A DNA stretch of 64,000 bases. Origin: Raillietiella orientalis. Taxonomy: Eukaryota. Shown here in pieces: positions 38,101-52,468 of this stretch (position 1 is the first letter of the stretch; each line of letters begins with the position of its first letter). The stretch is from the NCBI GenBank assembly GCA_036172245.1, contig JAYWIR010000037.1, forward strand, positions 186,001-250,000, in the 5' to 3' direction. Both the position numbers and the translations under genes were made by a program. Under the pieces are notes generated by a model, which made no database searches, was not told where the DNA came from, and saw only the letters and a list, made by a program, of their open reading frames with translations.

Positions 38101-41100
38101 TTTCAATCTTGAAAATGGGCCATGTCTGATTTGTACCAGAAACTAAATGGTGCTTCTGAAAAATCAGGGCATCCAGAAACCTAAATTTTCCATCTATTGA
38201 ATTACCAAGCTATGTGTTATTTCCTCGGCAAATTTAGGATTCTTTCAGGACCTTTTCTATCTAAAGCAACAACCAGCCATTACCACAGCCTTTCAACAGG
38301 ATAATTATCTTTGATTTTAGTCCTTGATGCTTTCGCATTCATTTGTGGGGACGGGGGGAGGGGGGAGGGAAGGGATTTATTCCACTCTCTCTCTGTTTTT
38401 TGAAGTGAGGTTCCTTATTCAACCTAGTTTCAAATAATTCTTCTCGATTAAGACTTTGGATTACATCCAGGATTCCTTCCGAGGAATAGTAAAATAAACA
38501 AATTTCCTTCCAAGTGCTGAATCAGAGGTCGCAAGACTCGGAACCGTAAGGTTTCTTGTACGAAAATCTGACGGCATGGCTTCGATTTTGTGAAGACTTT
38601 ATGAAGGAATAGCTGAAAGCTCGTCCTGATATTTTGCCGGTATCGGCTCGAAAGGCATCTCGGTTACTCTTTATTGCACAAAGGATCCGGTGGTTGGATT
38701 TTTCACCAATCCAATTAAAGAACAACAGGGACATCATTCTTCTTGTTCACTTAATTGCCAATTTCTTCTTTATTTTTTTATTTTTTCTCTTTTATTATTT
38801 GCCTTTGCTACTTTTGAGTTTTAAAGGTAGTATGGGACACTCACAGCCAGATGTACATTTTGTGTCTAGCATAATTACTTGACCCCGAGAAGCGTGCGGA
38901 AGTACGGAAAAATTGTTTAGAAACCACTATGCATCTCTGTGATTTGTTAGTATTCCGCAAATGCAATTCTGATTCCCCTGAGATACTGACTTGTTCACCG
39001 AATGTCCTCAGCAGCCTCACGGAACAGTAAACGCCGAAGATCCAAACAAGTCCGAAGACATTCTTCGATGATGAGCGACTGATCTAACGAACCTTGTTGG
39101 AGTTTTAAAAGCGGCGACTGAACTGTTCACAACTCTGCGTCAACAGCTTCGCTTCGCAGAGTTGCAGTTCTGTTCTTGTGTTTCTCAAGAACAGGAAGAA
39201 ATGAGAGTTCGGTCTGGAATCTCAGCATGAAAAGTCACCAGTGGGAAACAACAACAGTGGACCGGTTTCACTTTCCGTCCCATTCCAAGTACGCTTGAAT
39301 CTTGTCTGGTAGTCTGGAATCCAAGATAAGCAACGCACTCCTGAGCCATCGTCCTTGTGATCCTGTGTGACCGGCAAGTAACCATTGCGGTTCCATGGGA
39401 ACCGTGACTGCACCCTCAACTCCGCACCAAGATGAATTCGGACTGCACACTCACGGAGGATTCCTAGAGCTGATCAGGAGAAAGAAGAACGTCTCTTGTA
39501 ACCGCTAGTGAGCTTCCGTAGACGGAAAGTCAGCCGAGTTCAAGGATCCAACAGTTGCATTTCACGCTGCGATGGATCCTCAGCTGTCATCATCTGAGAC
39601 TGATGCAGCTACGACTACTACATTTTATTGTTCCGTCGCACTCCTGACTGGAATTTCCTTGCCATTATGCTTGCAAATCCACGCGGTGGTAAGGCAGCCT
39701 AGCGAAAGTTGCCATTTTCTGTGCGTTTCGTGACTTTGCTGTGTGTGCGTGTGCGTTTCCCGGATCACTCGTGCTTTCTCCGCTGGTGAGAATCGCTCTT
39801 GCGACCATTGTGATCGAAACGACTTGTGTTTCAATCCGCGGAACACTCAAGGTTTTGCCTTTCTGCTTTGCCTTAATCCACTACAAGGTAACCTACTTAG
39901 CAGAAACTATTACCCAGTAAAGCTCCATGGATGCTTGTTTTCGAAATTTACAGCTAGGTCCGAATGGGTTGAAACCACTTTCCGCCTCTCATTTGAAGCC
40001 GACTCCAAGTCTCACTTGGAAATTGGCTCGTTCTTTCAATCTTCCAGTCACGATCAGGTCCTCTAAACTCTTTGCCCTCAGCAGAAGTAAGAATGAGATG
40101 GGTTTAGCACATGTCCAGGTCGGGTTCTGATATTTTGGAAGGTCTCTCTCCCATTGTCCTTGACAACGCGTCCTGCCTTTTCTATCGAACAGCCGGAAAC
40201 ACCTTGAGTGGACATTTGAAACAGCTTAAAGGGGATCCTTTGTAACGACTGTGCAAGAACAGCTGCAACGATAGGTGGTTCAGAAATTCGGAGGATCAAT
40301 CTCCTTCTAATCAAATCGACAAGGACAGTCATTACAGTGCCTTCCCTTGACAACAGTTCTGTGTCAACAGCCAACAGGACACTCCCTAAAGATGCCACCT
40401 GTGCAAGATCTAACACAACACCTCTTGCATCCTGTCCCTTCTGCAAGCCTCAAAGTAAGAACAAATCTGTTTCCATGAAAATTCAACTTTATTGTGGTTT
40501 TCCCCCTTGAACCTCACACGTGTTCACTTCAAAGCATTCATTCGGCATCCTGAGCACGGAGAATGCGGCGTTCATGTGCGGATAGGATGGTCACATCTTA
40601 GAATTCTGAAGGCTGATGAACGAAAGAAATGCTGGAACTGATAATAAGCTGGTAACACTGTTAATCGACAACAAAACACACTAATTATTAGATGGTCAGC
40701 TTCGGCCACCAAGGCACACGCAAAAAAAAAATTCCACATGGAGCATTTTCATGTTTCCCATGTGGATTTGTGGGAAATGCGGCTAAGAAATCATGCACTA
40801 TCCACGTGGAATCACTGTGGTTTCCCATCCTTGGGTGAGAAAATGCGCATACAAGGAGCGAAAAGCGGTGCGTGCCCTGCTTCGTTATCTTTATTTATTT
40901 TTGAACTGGTGCACCACCCACCCGACACATTCCCTGTACTCATGCATAATTCATTGACCCGATGATCCCCATCTGTAGACTCAACAGATGAGGATGGTTC
41001 GCCTCATTTCCTTGTCAAGCCAGTTTGCAAGTCGCAGTCCACATTAATCCCAGTTAAAGATTCTCTTCACTCATCGTCCTACGCAAAGGAACGCACTTTT

Positions 41101-42986
41101 GCATAATTCCCCTTTCACTGTGTGTTCTCCAAGTGGATTCGATGATGGGAAAATTCATCCTGCAAGTTATTCTTTGATGTATGCACGGCTTCCAACTCTC
41201 CCAAGTTCTCGATCCGAGGGAGAACTCATTGAAGGATGCAAGAATAATTCATTGCTTTAATTCATCATCTGCCACAAGTACAAGTTATTTAGAAGTAGAT
41301 TTGTATAATCATGGCATAATCATGAAAAATGGATGTGTCTGGAGAAACGAATACGGCACACTGCTGCTTAACCGAGCGGTTTCCGAAGCACGCCGCTGGC
41401 CTTTTCCGTGCACCGGTAAAGCGCGGTCATCCGTTCAAGGCGGACTTTTATTTAGGCAGGCATCCGGGAGCGAAAGCAAGCAAACAGACAAACAAGTGGT
41501 AATAAAGGAGGGATAGTAGGTATTAAAAATCTGTGGTGGCTTGCAGGTACTACGGGTACCGGGCGGCAAGTTTTTCGGCTTGCGGCCTAGTTTCGGGAAT
41601 CCTGAGAAGCGATGCCTTTAACGGCTGATGGCTTACAATACTCGAACGGTTGAAACAAGGTCAAGTGTTTGACCTGGTTCGCATCCATGCGCCTGAAAGG
41701 GAATCTACCAACATAAAGGCATTTCCCTTTGTCGTTCTAGGTTATGACTCTGAAGGGAACGAGGCTAAATAGAATTCTGTTACATTTCAAGGAGCGAATG
41801 CACACTGCTTTTCAAATCTTTCGACTGTTCCTCTTCGAAGGTACATTAGTGAGTTGTCTATCAGCGTGTGTGACCTCTTCACAGATCAAACGCCGATAGG
41901 TGCTCACTCACCAATTCGCCAAGGTGGTGTTCACTAGTGGGAGTTTGGGTCAAATTAGTAACGCCGTCGCTGCTCTTCAGCCTTTCCTCGTGTGCTCGGA
42001 AGGGGAACGGCTGGCGGAAGGATCTCGGGAGCCAGGTCCACGAAAGAGCGAGCGACAGTCCGGGGAACGCATGAAACCAGCGATGGCTCAATCCGAGCCA
42101 TCACAGCTGGGGGAGGGACACGAAAGCAGAAAACCTATGGCGTTCTCTGAGCTGGGGCCACGGACCAAGCTGCGCCCTACGACGAGCACGTGGGGGCACA
42201 AGACGACGACAAAACAACTCTTCTTCCTCTTCGGTCAACAACTTGGTCCCTCGAGGGGGACCGGGTTCGCGTCGCGGGAATGCCGTAATTCGTAATGCGT
42301 GCACCGTCAAGGAACAACGCAATTTCTCCCAACTTCAAGTTGGTGGCTGTTTGGGTTTGCAGGCATTTCTTCCATTTCACGAGCACGTCGTGGCATGCAT
42401 TCGGTCTTGACGGAAGGCAAGATACCCACTCTTTGCTCAGAGAATGGCAGATTTGCCGGTGGTATTTTTGCTAATGGATTGAAAGCGGGGCTTGGTAGGG
42501 AGGGACGCAGAGGGGGAGGGGGGACAAGGTGCAAACACACAAACACACACACGCACGAAAAAAACTTTCTGGTGATCAAATAAAACGGAAAGGAAGAAAG
42601 TTTACCTCGTTGTTCAGCCGTGGCTTCCCTTGTAATCGAGAATCCATGAAAGCGAGACTGGAATGAGAAACTGAATCACAGCGGACACAATGCTGAATGT
42701 TCCAGCACCAGTTATTCGTTGAACACATCCATGAGCTCCCAGTCTTTGCAAGTGTTATCTATTTTTTGTCCCTTAATTAGATTCCTCTAAAACAAAAACG
42801 CATGCGACCACATGGTAGAGAACGGCGTATAAAGTTTTCCGTGCACTACTTGTTATTACATTCCAGACTTCCCATTTCACCCGGTGTTTTTCCTTATTAA
42901 TAGCATATAGAAAAAACAGTATTAATTTTCCGATTTAGAAATAACCGAATAATTGCATTCCCTCTCCCTCCCCTCGTGAAACCACA

Positions 42987-43060
42987 TTTTTTTTTTTTTT
43001 CTTTTTTTCCTCTCTCTCTCTCTCTCTCTCTGCTTCTCTCTCTCTCTCTCTCTCTCTCTT
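42987..43060. repeat. Poly-T and (CT)n microsatellite
   Basis: Directly visible. Confidence 0.9.
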
Positions 43061-43584
43061 TTCTCCCTTCCTTCCCCTAATAAAGCAAATGATTTGCACA
43101 CATACTAAATCCAAATGGAAAGACCAAACAATCTGGACCACGTGAACGCACAATAGGAACGGCGTTAATTGTTCGCAAACACTCGGCGGTTCAATTAATG
43201 CAATCCATCCGTTTCTTTTTTTTTTTGTGTGTGTGTGTGTGCATTTCGTTACGTAACATTCACCGCTGTTTGGAGTCACCATTTGCACTTTTCATGACTG
43301 GTGAACAAAAAACGCTACAGGCCACAACCACACAGACTCAAGAGAGCGGCGAGCAGTCGGCATCATGAAGCCGTGAACACTTGGATTTCTTGACTTTTCC
43401 CTGTAATTTAGATGCGTTGTGAACGTTTGTTGCACAATAATTTCTCCCTGTGCCAGAAGTGCAATGGATGGCGTTATGCAAAACATCTGTTTGTCACTCC
43501 GGACTCTACGGAACCTGCGTCAAAAACATTTGCTCGCGAAAACGGAATCACCAAACAGAATTTCGGGAATTTAGCGAACGGAAG

Positions 43585-43680
43585 TTTCTCTCTCTCTCTT
43601 TTTTTTCTTTTTCTCTCTCTCTTTTTTTTTTTTTTTTCCTTTTTTTTTTTTTCTTTTTCTCTCTCTCTCTCCTTTTTTTC
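43585..43680. repeat. (CT)n / poly-T pyrimidine tract
   Basis: Directly visible. Confidence 0.9.
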
Positions 43681-44349
43681 CCCTGGTAGCATTGTTGGGG
43701 CTCGAATTCTTCTTCCTCCTCCGCCTCCTCCTCCCCCGCGCGCACGCACTCGCACGAAACAACCGAATTTCGAACCAGCTTCGAGTAAGATTAATTAATC
43801 ATCTCGCGCTCTTATCATCCCTATTTCAAGACGAAATCCGGACGTTCGAAAACACGATTTTTTTTTTTTTTTTTCCTTTTTTCTTTTCTTTTCTTTTTTT
43901 CCTTTTTGCCTTCTTTGTTCCTCCCCTCCCGTGCATTTCAAGGCTCCGCAAAACGCACGTTTTGTGATATGCGCCATTCATTCCGCATCTGCTTTTCCGC
44001 ACTGCTGCTAATCACCGGCGTCCTGATTAAGAATAGCATCATCAACAATGCCTGGGAGGCTGCAGAGATGTGCTTCGACGGCCGGGCGGTGCCTCCTTGC
44101 TTCGCAGCCCCAGCAAGCGGATGCGGATCCGTCCTTACAACGAATGAGCGCACAGGAGAGAGTTCGTCTTGCTCGATTTATTCATTTATTTATTTTCCGG
44201 GAAGAAGCGTGAAGTGGAATTCGACTTGGCGAATCCCGAATGACGAGCCTCGGGAAACGCGCAGAAATTAAATACATAAAAAAAAAAAGAGGAGACAGGA
44301 TGACGGTGGTGCGTCGATTTTTGAAACCCTGCCTCGATATCCCCAAAGG

Positions 44350-47300
44350 TCATACATCATACCAAAGGTCGCCTGCCCCATTCGAAACGGACGCCGGTCG
44401 GGACGTGCGCGCGCGCCCTTTGCAACAGGTGGAGGTCGCTCCGCCGCCTCTTGAAAGCAGGAGGCTGCAGCTATGGGCAACCGTTGCCAGGAAAGGGCGA
44501 TCCGGCGAACGCCGCCGCTGCCGCTCCGCTCGCCCTCCCCTCCTCGTCCGTGCGCGGCGGCGGCGGCGGCGGCGGCGTTTTCGTGCAGCCTCGCGTGCGG
44601 GGACGACGCGCGCCTCCGTCAGAGGGGCGAGAGAGAGGGGGGAGGAGAGGGGAGGGAGGAGGAAGCGTCCCTTTGAACCGGACCAAAGGGCAGGGGCGGG
44701 CACAGGCGGCGCTGCACCCGCGCGGAGGGTGGGAGGAAGGAAGCAGGGAGTGATCGCGGTCGACGCCGCCGTTCTGCCGTCCCGGGAGGCGGGTCGCCTC
44801 GTCCGCCCGCTCTCTGTGACGTCCCGTCCCGCAGGGAAGGGGGGGAGGAGGGAGGATTCGAAACGGGGGAGGAGGGCGCTCTCTCGCAACCGGACCTTCG
44901 GGTGTTCGTTCTCGCGCGTGAGGCGGCGGTCGCATGGCGAACGCCCTCGAAGGATGGCGTTCCGGAATGGGGCCGCAGACGCTAGCGAGCGAGGAGGAGG
45001 AAGGGCGGCTCGCAGACGACCTCCGGGGCTGGAGACGGGATGCGCGAGCGGAAAGGTGGGCCTCTCCAAGTCGTGAGCGAACCTCCTGCTTTTTGGTCTG
45101 TCTGCCCCTCCTCTTTCCCCCCTCCCCCCGGCCCCAGGAGGCTGCGGCGCAGACTCGAAAGAGACGCGCGGCTCCCATGACAATATCCCCCCTCCCTTCC
45201 GTCACGGAGGGCTCAGGCAGCGAAAGAGGAGCAGAGAGGCAGTGACGGGAGGGGGAAGGGAGGGAGTGACGACGACGCGAGCACCCGGAGGGACGTCCAA
45301 CCCTTGAGGCGACGATCCCGCGGAGAAGTCCCCGTTGCCAAGAAACGACCGGGATGTGGCCATAACCAGCCGCTCGACGCACCCGTTCCCTCCCCATTCA
45401 TCCCTCTTTCCTCAGAGGGCAGCTGTGGTGGCGACTTCCGGTCTTCCGAGCGTCTCCGTCCGCTCCTGGGGCGCACGAAGAGGGAGAAGTATGAGAAGGC
45501 GCTCTTCCTCTCCGAAGCAGCGTCCTCTCCCGGGGGTCACGCGCTCGCTTGCTCCGGGAGCAGGCGCGCACTCGTGGAAGGGACTGCGAGGCTTCCCGTC
45601 CAGGTGCTGTCCCCCCCACCCCCGCCGCCGCCTCCGTGTGCGTCCCAGGTGCTGCGGCGCCACCACCAATCGCGGGCACGCAACTCTCGGCCATGTCGCT
45701 CGCCTTCCTCCGGGGCTGACGTCAAGAGTGACGCCGCAGAAGGAAGGCGTCAACTCCCCCCAGCAGCTCGGGAGAGGACGCGTAGGTCCACGCGCGAGAT
45801 GATCTCGCCGCGTCTGCCAAGGAGGGATGTCCTGTGATCAAGGGCTGCTCCGTGGATTCCTCTCCGACTTAGCCACCGTATATTTGGGGGGGGAGGGGGA
45901 GCAAGGGACTTCTGCCCCTTACCTCTCTCCCCCTCGGGCTTCCGCGGCTTCTCCCGAAGAAGGAAGAAGAGGGTCCCTAGGACTCCCCTAAACCCCAGTG
46001 TTGCCTTAATAACAATCGAGCGCTTGGCTCCCCCCACAACGCGAAGGAAACCCTGGGATGGGAAGAAAGAGGGGGAGCGGGAGGGAAGGAAGTCAGGATC
46101 CCCTCTTCTCCCTCTCTCCCCTCTCCTGAGAGTTACTTGCGGGCGACAGGGAAGCCTATTTCCCCTCCCCTCCCTTCCTTCTTTTCCTGCCCCTCCCTCG
46201 AGAGTTCGCTTCTACTCTGCGCACGTGGCAAGCTGCTCGGGGGAGGGAGGGAAGCGTGCGACGCGCGTGCGCTGTCCGCCTCCTGGAGGACGGGCGGGTG
46301 ACCACAAGACCGGCGGCCTCCTGGGCGGCGTCTCTGGGGTCAGCCGGTCGCAGGAGGGGGGTACCCCCTCTTCGCCTCTCTTGGAGGTCGTTCCAGGTCG
46401 CGGCTTTGAAAACTACTACCTACTCCCCCTTCTCCGAGCGCCTCGTAGAAGGAACGAGCACGCACCTCCCTTCCCTCTTGAAGACGTGAAGAATTAAACC
46501 GCGTGCGTACAGGAGGATCCAGGAGGTGCCCCAATCCTTCTCGCCGCCTGCCAAGGGAAACTGCGCGGTCCCGCCCGTCCTGTCCAGGAGAGAGAGGACT
46601 CTGCGTTCCGACCGCGTCGAGCCGGAGAGCGGCGACGACGACCTGGGGGGGGGGGAAGACAAACAGACAGCGGTATCTCCCAAGCGGACGAAGGGAAAGA
46701 AAGGAGAAATCCTGGAGGACTCGGTCCCTGATGGCCTGCTTGCCATGCAGTCTCCCAGGAGCCTCAGAACCCGTGCAAAGCAAAGCAGCAGCCCCTTCCC
46801 CCACCCCCACAAAGCGGCCATCCATAAGTCAACCGCACTCGGACGGAACGCGACACTCACGTGGGAGGCGCGCGAAGAAGAGCAGGTACATGCAGACAGC
46901 ATCACACGAATGAGCAGATCAACCTCCACGTCGAAAAGGGGATCCATGATGAGTAAAGAACCCAGCAAATCTGAGCCCCAAACCTCCGGGATGAGTGGCT
47001 TTTGCTTACTCAGTAAGGGGTAAACCACCAGGTGGATGAAACTAAACGGAGGAATAAAACGGAACGAGCATCTCCATAGCGACTCCGATGGGAGGCTCCT
47101 GGCCGATGCCGAAACCCAGCACGACGCTCTTGGCAGCCGCTTGCACCGAGCGCGCGCTCCCCGCCATCATGGCTGCGGTCCGGGAGGGGAGGGGATTCAG
47201 GCTTCCCCCAGAGGAGGACGCCTCACTTGCGCGCTCCACGAGCACCACCTCTTCTTGCCCCTGCCGACGGAAGGGAAATCCACTACTTCGGAAGACCAGG

Positions 47301-47780
47301 TGGCGCCCCGCTGCGGAGGGATCGGAACATGGTCTGCCCCGCGCGCTCCGGGGACACGTGTGTGAGAGCGCGGTTGGGGACGAACCCGCCTCCGGGTTCC
47401 GTGTGGGAAGCTGGTCCGCCCCTCTCCTTCCCCCTTTCCTTCCCCGCTGGCTGGGGGCGCTACTCGTGTCGCCGCTTGGTGTCTACGCGAAGACGCATCT
47501 GCGACGTCTCCTGGCAGACGTCGATCTGCTAGACGCACCTCCCGTGTTCCCAGCTGGGAAGACTTGCGTCACCAACTGCATTCTCCCTGGTCTCCCCGTT
47601 CCACGGTGCCGTCAGCACATCCTTCCTAGACGTCACATGACTTTGTTCGTTTTCGCGAGTGTGGCTCGAGCCGAGAGTGGAGCTCTCATGGTGATGGCGT
47701 GGCTGGGGAGGTTCGCGGCACGGAACCGACATCCATGGTCGGGTGCTGCCGCCGGCCATCACGGGCCTCGTTTCCCAGGA
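44350..47780. other. GC-rich, CpG-rich island with no recognisable protein-coding gene
   Basis: High GC and CG content and a (GGC)n run at ~44552-44577; only low-complexity ORFs. Confidence 0.75.
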
Positions 47781-50700
47781 TAGCAGGCCAAGCGTCCGCT
47801 ATCTGGAAAAATGCTGATCCAACCATAGGAGTCAGTTCCTTCATCAAGAAGAGCATTGGTTCATTGGCAATGATATGAAAGAGCAGAAACAGAAGCATGG
47901 AAGAACTCGACAAAAGTACCTTTGATTGTGGTTTCAAGATCGCAAGTGTCACATACTGAAGACCCACTCCAAAGAAGAATTTGCGATGGGGTGAATGTTG
48001 ACCGAGAGAGAGAGAGTGAGAGAGAGAGAAAAAAAAGGACTTCGTGAAATGACGAAGTAACAAGGGAAGCCCTGAGAATCGAACCGAAATCCTCTTTTTC
48101 CTGCCCAACCAAAAACGACGTGGTCCAACATGTTAGTTGCGAAAGGACAGCACGTAATGATCTGAAAGATACGAGGATGCAGCAGGCACTGCACCTCCGC
48201 ACGATGCCTCTGTTTACTCATCTTGCAAAACTTTCTGCACTCTGGCACTTGTTTTTGCTGATCTGCTAGGGAACCCCCCAAGGGATTGTCAGCATCTCAA
48301 GAGAAACGCATGTTGCTTGAATTTCCTGTTGTGAAAATGAAAATTCCGGCGGTTTCACTGGAAAACGTGACCGCACTCTTCGAATACATGGTTGCGTTTT
48401 TCGCTCCACATTTGTAGCTCGAAAAAAAAAAAGAAGAAAAAAAAAAGGAAACTTTTTTTTTTTGGAAAAAAAAAAAAAAAAAAAAGTCTGGATGTTTCCA
48501 CACAGTAATTTGTTTCGTATGTCCACTAAATGTGACTCGCGCAGTTTTGCAACATCCTGGTACAAGCTGTGTTTCTCTTACGAATAGGCAAAGTTCCAGC
48601 GCGTTTGCAAGAACCCGGTTGAGCAATATTCTCGTGAACACTTCAGTTTGGTCAGTTGTGGAATTGGTAAAGTGGAGAAATATCCGCAGAATATGCTTCA
48701 TTGAACTTTCGTTTTATCCCTCCCTTTGAGCTGTCATGAGAGGTAGAAACGTGAGGCAGGCAGAATGTTGGCAAGGCAGAATGATGAAGTTGTGTTTGAG
48801 GCAGACCTTTGAAACGCTGCTTAACGAAAATGATTAAATTTCGACAAAGGCAAGAAGGACGACGGAACTGTAGTGGAAAGAAGCAAGTATTTTCTCCCAA
48901 ACGCGCAGAAAGCCATGAATATGGAGATAAGAAGGAACAATCCCGACGCACGAACAGCAATCTGGAAACAGGACTTTTTTAACAAGGGCAAACAGAACGG
49001 ATAGCTGACGAAACCCCATGAAACCTCTGAAGCACAAATCGGGCGATGGAATGTGCTGGTTGACCACTCTTTATGATAAGGGGAATGCTTCGACACTGCT
49101 GACAGAAAACGGAGCGGGAAATGGATCCAACAGGGCATCAGTCATGTTCCGCAGAATCCAGGATAATTACGATCGCATGAATCTAATTTAACGATGCCAT
49201 AAAGTGAAACTATACGCATGTACACCGCATGTGTACATGTGCGTGCGTGTGTCTGTGTGGGTGCACTGTCCCAATGACTCGTTATGCGGCGTCGGAACGA
49301 ATGTCAAAGAACTTTCTGGCGTCCCCGTGTGCCTCTACGCGATTGGCGTGGTCCCGCCGACTTTGCACACGCATTTCGCTGTCAGCCCATGCTCAGGAAA
49401 AATGTACATCTTCATACGTTGTGATCGCAGATTCCGATGGATGAACTCTTGAATTATGAATTTTCACTCAGATCGGGATCCTGGCAACCAAGGTGGGAAA
49501 GTCTCAGCAGTAGCTGCGTTGGAAGTTACCATGCGCAGCGAAGAAAAGGTATTCGGAACTGAAATTGCTTGCAGGCATGCAAGTAAAAAAGGTTTGCTTA
49601 GGAGAAATAATAAGTGGCTCTGCAGGAATTTTGCAGAACGTAAGGCACGTGGGTGGGCACCGCTGCTGTGTACGACACGAGGGCACTACCGCGCGGTACA
49701 CACTGCAAGCGGAATCATCGGCTGCGAGGGATGTTTAATGGTTTGGTCCTCTTTGAAGTTCCCAGTGTATGTTGTCAATAAAATTTGAGTTCTGCAATCA
49801 ACGAAAGCAGTGAGCTTTGCTTCAGTGTAAGTTGCTAACAGATCATAAAGGGGTTGTTGCACAAATGTGCAAGCAATACATGTGATATATCGCAACTAGA
49901 TCGTACACAACACTTAAATTATTGTCACGTATGCATTACAAGAAATACACAGTCTGTATAGACTCAAACAGTATATTCATGCGCAGCATACAGCAGAAGT
50001 AATAAATGAGATATAAATCATTACACATGGTGTAACTGCTACGTAGGGTAGTTGGAAACCGTAAATAAAATGTTTGTCAAAGTTCTCTTTTAGCGCACGT
50101 AAGTAATAGCGAAATTATCGCGTTGCAATTATTACTGCGAACGTATGTTTGTTGGAAATTAAATGCCGTGTCCAGCAGCTTTGCAAAATCGTACACTGCA
50201 TTTCATTGCCCCCTTTCCAAACACTGAATTGCCCGTTTCCTGGATGCATGCAAATGCTTTCATTAAACTGCACAGCCTGCTGAAACGGTATGAAAAAAAA
50301 TACCAAAGGGGAGAGTGGTGACACAGCTTGCAACGAAAACTGGTTCCGTGAGCCAATTCAGTTACATTACATATCCAGTCGTTGATTCGGTCATCATCCT
50401 GGCTCACAATCAACCCTGAGGGGGTTGATCTACGATTTCAAATGCAGGATTCCGTTTGGTTTGTGTCAGGGCTCGAAGTCCCGGAGGAACCTCAGTACTT
50501 AAATGCCGCAATTTATTAAATGCGCTGTTTTTTTTTTCAATTTTCCCCCCCACAGTCGGGGAAAAAATGGGAAAGTCACGTTTGAAACGAGGAAAACTTT
50601 CGGGTGCCATAAGGAATTTGATCGGTGAAAGATTTGGAGAATTTTCCGTGAAACGAGATGGTAGCCCTGCCCTATGTTGTCGCGTCTTTCAATTTAGTGC

Positions 50701-51163
50701 AGCCGATCGCATGTTGTTTTAGCTGTTTGCAGCCCATTGCTGTTCTTGTGATTGTAGAAAAATACAGAATAGAGGTAGAGGAATGTTTGCTTTGGACGCG
50801 TTGCAGTGACGAATTTCATGTTTTCGGCAGTGCCATGGTTGACTCTCGGCAGCATAATTCTGAAGAAAGTGGGGAAGTTGTAGGATTGAACAGAACAGTT
50901 CTCCGGTTGATTTGCGTATGCCTTCGAGATTTTTCGTGACCACTTGGTATCGGACATGACAGTTGAATGACATCTTTAGTGCAGTGTTTTGCTGCGGATG
51001 TGGGTGTTGCATGAAGCGGTATGGAATCGAGCAATCCATAGAGAATCATCAAGTTGGCTGTTTCTCCTGATAAATTTCTGCCAAGGAGTGCACGTGATGA
51101 TGTCCAAGTAGAAATTAACAAAACAAACAACCCTGATGGAAAGAAATAAAAAGGATTAAAGGA

Positions 51164-51307
51164 ATGCACATCCTGTGTAGGTTCAGTGGGAAAGGAATGC
51201 CATTTGTTTCCGCAGGAATGAAATGTGGTTTTAACTGGTGTATGAAATGTAGTTCCTCTTTCCACAAATGTCATTCCTTTGATGCTGAACCTACATTGGA
51301 TGTGCAT
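51164..51307. repeat. 44-bp imperfect inverted repeat (MITE-like or long hairpin)
   Basis: Arm 51164-51207 atgcacatcctgtgtaggttcagtgggaaaggaatgccatttgt versus the reverse complement of 51264-51307 atgcacatccaatgtaggttcagcatcaaaggaatgacatttgt: 37/44 identical. Confidence 0.85.
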
Positions 51308-52468
51308 GCATAGTGAATTTGTGGAAGAAATGAAATGGAACTTTGCACTCCTTAAAACGCCTTAGCGAGCATAAAGTATGAAGCTCCTGACTATCAATTT
51401 TACTTCAAGCGTACAAGTTGTGGTTAGGAGACTTTCCGATTATGGGGCTGCAACTTCGTTGCTGGGTTTCCTACTGCTGGTTTTACTGCTGAGGCGTAAC
51501 CCCTATCTCACTGTTGCCAAACACGTCAGCAGCAGTTTTTTCTTTTCGTAATTCGCGTTCTCTTGAAAATTGTTTTCTTGAAAAAATATGCCAGTGTATA
51601 TCTGGACGTTCTCTTTGGCCATCAATTTGCTGTTCAGTTGGTCAAAAATTTTTCTGTAAAGTGAATAAAATTTTTATGCATGTAAATTTTGCCGTTGGTC
51701 TTCCTTGCAAAGCTCACTTTATGTTTGCTGTCTCATCATTGTTATTTCAATGCAAAGGTGAGACACCCATGTCTTGGATAAAGCATGAAAAGTGTTCCAA
51801 CGTTCTCGATGAGCACCTACGTTCTCTTCATAAGCTCACCATGCAGAGAGCACTCGCCTTTCATAAGGTTGCATACACTGCAATGTACGTGCACGGTGAA
51901 GAAACATCAAAGTGAAGTAGCGGACAGTTTACGGTATTCGAAAAAAAATTTGAACATACTTATGCATTTTGCACAAAGCACTGTGTTTTTTTTCCCCCTT
52001 TTTCTCCTAATGTCTTAAAGTTTGAAAATTGAAAAAAATTGGGCGGCATTTTCAGCCAGAAGCGATGCATCATTGTAAATGTCAGCATTCAATTGTATAG
52101 CTGACGCTTTAGTCACATCGACTCTTACATCATGAAGCCTTACACAGCATCCTTGACATAAGCATCCGGTAATAGATGAGGACCTGCAGTGTTATGAATG
52201 AGCGAAAATCGTGCACAGCCATTAGGATTCAGGAAAATAGTGTTACATTATAGGACGGATGGCGTCTTCACCGATCCCAAACAGATGTTTGAATTTCGAT
52301 GTTTGAAATATTTCAGCACATCTTCTGGGTGGAATTTAATGCCGAGGAAGTGCTTGTCTTCAAGCATTGCAGACTTCGGTTACCATTTTGGAAGGACATT
52401 TCTTTTCCATTAACCTTATCAAAGCGTCTTAATGTGTAACGGCCATGTATAATCCGGCATTGGAGAAT

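Noticed and set aside
38975..38996. miR-125-like string cccctgagatactgacttgttc
   Set aside because: Several mismatches to the conserved mature sequence and no complementary arm nearby.
48110..48265. CSACCILV / DHVV words resembling FAM60A (SINHCAF)
   Set aside because: The words lie in different frames with an in-frame stop upstream, and the highly conserved N-terminal FAM60A motif is absent.
48758..48778. miR-31-like string aggcagaatgttggcaaggca
   Set aside because: The seed differs and there is no precursor hairpin.
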